NCBI GenBank assembly: GCA_000708835.1
Contig: DF236957.1
Location: forward strand, 124,001 to 188,000
DNA: 64,000 nucleotides
Direction of reading: 5' to 3'
DNA from: Klebsormidium nitens
Taxonomy: Eukaryota > Plantae > Klebsormidiophyceae
Shown here: in pieces, positions 61,601 through 64,000 of the stretch
Layout of the letters: each line of letters begins with the position of its first letter
Position numbering within the stretch: the first letter of the stretch is position 1
Notes under the pieces: model-generated
Database searches by the model: none
What the model saw: only the letters and a program-made list of their open reading frames with translations
What the model was told of the DNA's origin: nothing
Translations under genes and position numbers: made by a program

Positions 61601-64000
61601 TTTGCAGGAAAGGGGTTCACTTCAGAGCTCCTATGGGAGGTGATTGGCTGGTTTGAGGAAAGTTGAATTGAGGTCGCGGGGTTCGGATGTCAAGCTCTGG
61701 CGTCTACAACCGGTAAGGCCAGTGGGGCTAAGCTGTGGGGAAATGGATAGTCAGCCAGGGGCCAAGGATGCTGGATGTTCTAAATTTCGGTGATCTTCGC
61801 AAGAGCTCGAGGGGTTTACGCTGGGGCGTGCAGAATAAGTGGGGGGTAAAATGGTTGATCGCAGTTCAGGTTAAACCTTGAGAAGTGCTGATGGGAGGGA
61901 GTCGACTGTTGGTCAGCGCACAGGTGCGGCCATGGAAACCCCTCTAGTAGGGCCCAGTTTACGTCGGGTCCTGATTTTGGTCAGCGTTTGCAATGTGGGT
62001 TTCTGATGTTGGTCAGTGCACTGGTGCAGGCCATCAAGGGCAAGCCCATAGCGTACCCTCCCCGCCCAAAGGGCCACCTGGCTTTCCTACAGTACACGTC
62101 AGGCTCCACCAGTGACCCAAAAGGTACGCCAACGGACGCTGTTCGTTTTTTGCACCTGTTGGCCGACTGTGTGGACAGGTGGTTGCAATGATTTCGTCCT
62201 TGATCAGAGGAGCAATAATGAGAACAACGTAACGTTCGGGTTGGAGACAGTCTGCCGAATGCTGGGCCACACACTCTTAGCATAGGGTTGAACAACTGGA
62301 TCATGGATTATGTCTTCTTAGCGTTGACCACTGACCCTGTTTGCAGAAGCTACTCCAGGCAATGCAGGTTGCCAAGTCTATGATAGCTTCATCCTGTCCG
62401 GGCCTTCTCTTTTGTCGACATTTCTACCGCCGTTGCATAGTTTTTGTTTGACATCGCGGTTGACATCGGCTTTCCTTCACGCCAGGTGTCATGATCACGC
62501 ACGCCAACATCGCCCACAACTCGGACAACATCCGCAAGAACATCCGCCTCGATGCGCAGTCCGTCTTCTTGTCCTGGCTCCCCCAGTACCACGACCTCGG
62601 GCTCATCGTCGCTTACATCAGCACGATGACAGCTGGCGCGTCAGGAATCTTCATGTCCCCCATCACGTTCATCAAGGACCCCCCCCTCTGGGTCGTCGGC
62701 ATGAGCCAGTTCCGCGCGACGCACACGGCGTGCCCCAACTTTGCGCTCGAGCTGGCGGTGCGCAAGTTCCGGCCCGAGGAGCATGCGAAGAACGGGCTGG
62801 ACCTGAGCCGGCTCGAAGCGATGCTCAACTGCGCGGAGCCAGGTGGGTGGGGCTCTCTTGGAAAGATCAGGGTTGTAAGTTTTCATTCCAAGCGACACGG
62901 GCTGCATCAGGTTTTGGGAGGGTTCCTTATCCAAGCGATGGGCTTTGCTTCTGTTGTTGTCGCTCGGTTGGTCTTTGGTACGAGACCGGGCAAAAAGGCA
63001 CCGTTTGTCAGGACTCTTAACGGTCGATGACAGCTTGTTTATTGGACAGGGAACACTCATTGGTCTTTGGATACCACTGCCTCTTATTGCGTTTCTTGAA
63101 CAAACAGGTCATCAGTCTTGCTGTTTCTTCCCCTCCACCGTGTGCATGTTAAGAGAAGGACGCATGTACAACTTCTGCCTGGACTTGCCTCTTCTCCACA
63201 GCGCGTTTCTTCCTCTTGCCTCTCAGCCCTGCCACTAAGACTACCGACATGACCATTTTCAGTGGTCTAACTGCTCCGAAAGATCGCAGCGCAACTTTTG
63301 CCCCGTACGCTTCTGAGTTCACTGACTCGACCTGCTTGCAGTGCGCATCGACTCCATCGAGAAGTGGAACGCGACCTTCGTCCCGTACTGTTTCCACCCT
63401 GCGGCCATGTGCCCGTCTTACGGATTGGCGGAACACACCGTGGGACTCCTTTCGTGGGGCATCAAGATGGTTCCGGCCGCGAGCGGTGACGGGCTGTTGC
63501 ACTCGAGCGGGCACTGGAAATGCCAGGGAGAGGAAGAGGGGGACGCCGTTTTTGTGGATCCGGATACGCTGGAGCTGAGGGAACCGGGCCAGGTGAGGCT
63601 TCGAAGAGAACTTGTACGGGGCCTTGGGCCCAAAGAAAAGGACCCTTATGCTGAGGAGGTTTTTAAAAGTCAGGTATCTTAGGTTATGAGTTGCCTTGGA
63701 AGCCAAGGAAAGGGTTCCTTATCTTTGATTTGAGCTACCGCGCAAATAAAGGAAAGGGTCGATCGAGCAAAGAAGGCGATTGTGGAGGGTAAAGGTTGTT
63801 GTGGTTGGCTTCATGAAAACCCGTTGTCAAAGCGGAGCGGCGGCCGAGGCTGCGGGTGTCGGAGTCACCTTTTTGAAGCTGACGAGCAAACGTCATCTTT
63901 TGTGACGCAGTCGCGTTTTCTCAGGTCGGCAAGTTTCGCAAGTACAGACTACAACGATGGAAGATTAAGGCTGGGATGCAAGCTGTGGGATGGGCAGCCG
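58677..64000 (+). CDS. Fatty acyl-AMP ligase (FAAL)-like adenylation enzyme, 3'-partial
   Basis: In-phase exons 58677-59154, 61318-61514, 62030-62123, 62486-62842 and 63342-63592. FAAL motifs: VILVYPPGPEFFIAFLAC, GVVAVPVYPP, LAFLQYTSGSTSDPKGVMITH, SWLPQYHDLGLI, CPNFALEL, LNCAEP, PSYGLAEHT. Ends at a donor; remaining exons lie outside the window. Confidence 0.88.
60915..61250 (+). repeat. Intronic copies of the FAAL exon-2 acceptor
   Basis: AG|GCGTT...GCCCAGCCCGCTGAACCTG.AGG at ~60927 and ~61174, a short copy at ~61065, and the true exon at 61318. Each is preceded by a GCTGAC branch-point-like motif. Confidence 0.85.

Noticed and set aside
1-64000. tRNA, rRNA or snRNA genes
   Set aside because: No cloverleaf, A/B-box pair or rRNA-like sequence was recognised by eye; tRNAscan-SE or Infernal would be needed to exclude them.

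Overview
Intron-rich eukaryotic genomic DNA with GT-AG introns and CTGAC branch-point-like motifs. The gene set (plant-type AMT2, organellar IPT9-type MiaA, FTR1 iron permease, centriolar LRRCC1) suggests a streptophyte green alga such as Klebsormidium; this is inference. I could splice eight genes by eye: FTR1 (-, 3' end outside the window), AMT2 (-), LRRCC1/VFL1-like (+), a signal-peptide-bearing PLAT-less lipoxygenase (+), an intronless F-box-like gene with one apparent frameshift (+), tRNA dimethylallyltransferase (-), a purple acid phosphatase with a Pro/Thr/Ser stalk and two apparent frameshifts (-), and a FAAL-type adenylation enzyme (+, runs off the end). Several small TIR elements are present, two with exact TSDs. 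The most striking unexplained pattern is that five genes carry tandem 'echo' copies of exon/intron junctions stacked into the adjacent intron. These copies usually keep the splice dinucleotide and, where several are stacked, decay with distance from the functional exon. A second pattern is a group of MITEs sharing one ~100-bp core but carrying largely unrelated TIRs. All alignments and counts were done by eye; no database searches were run.
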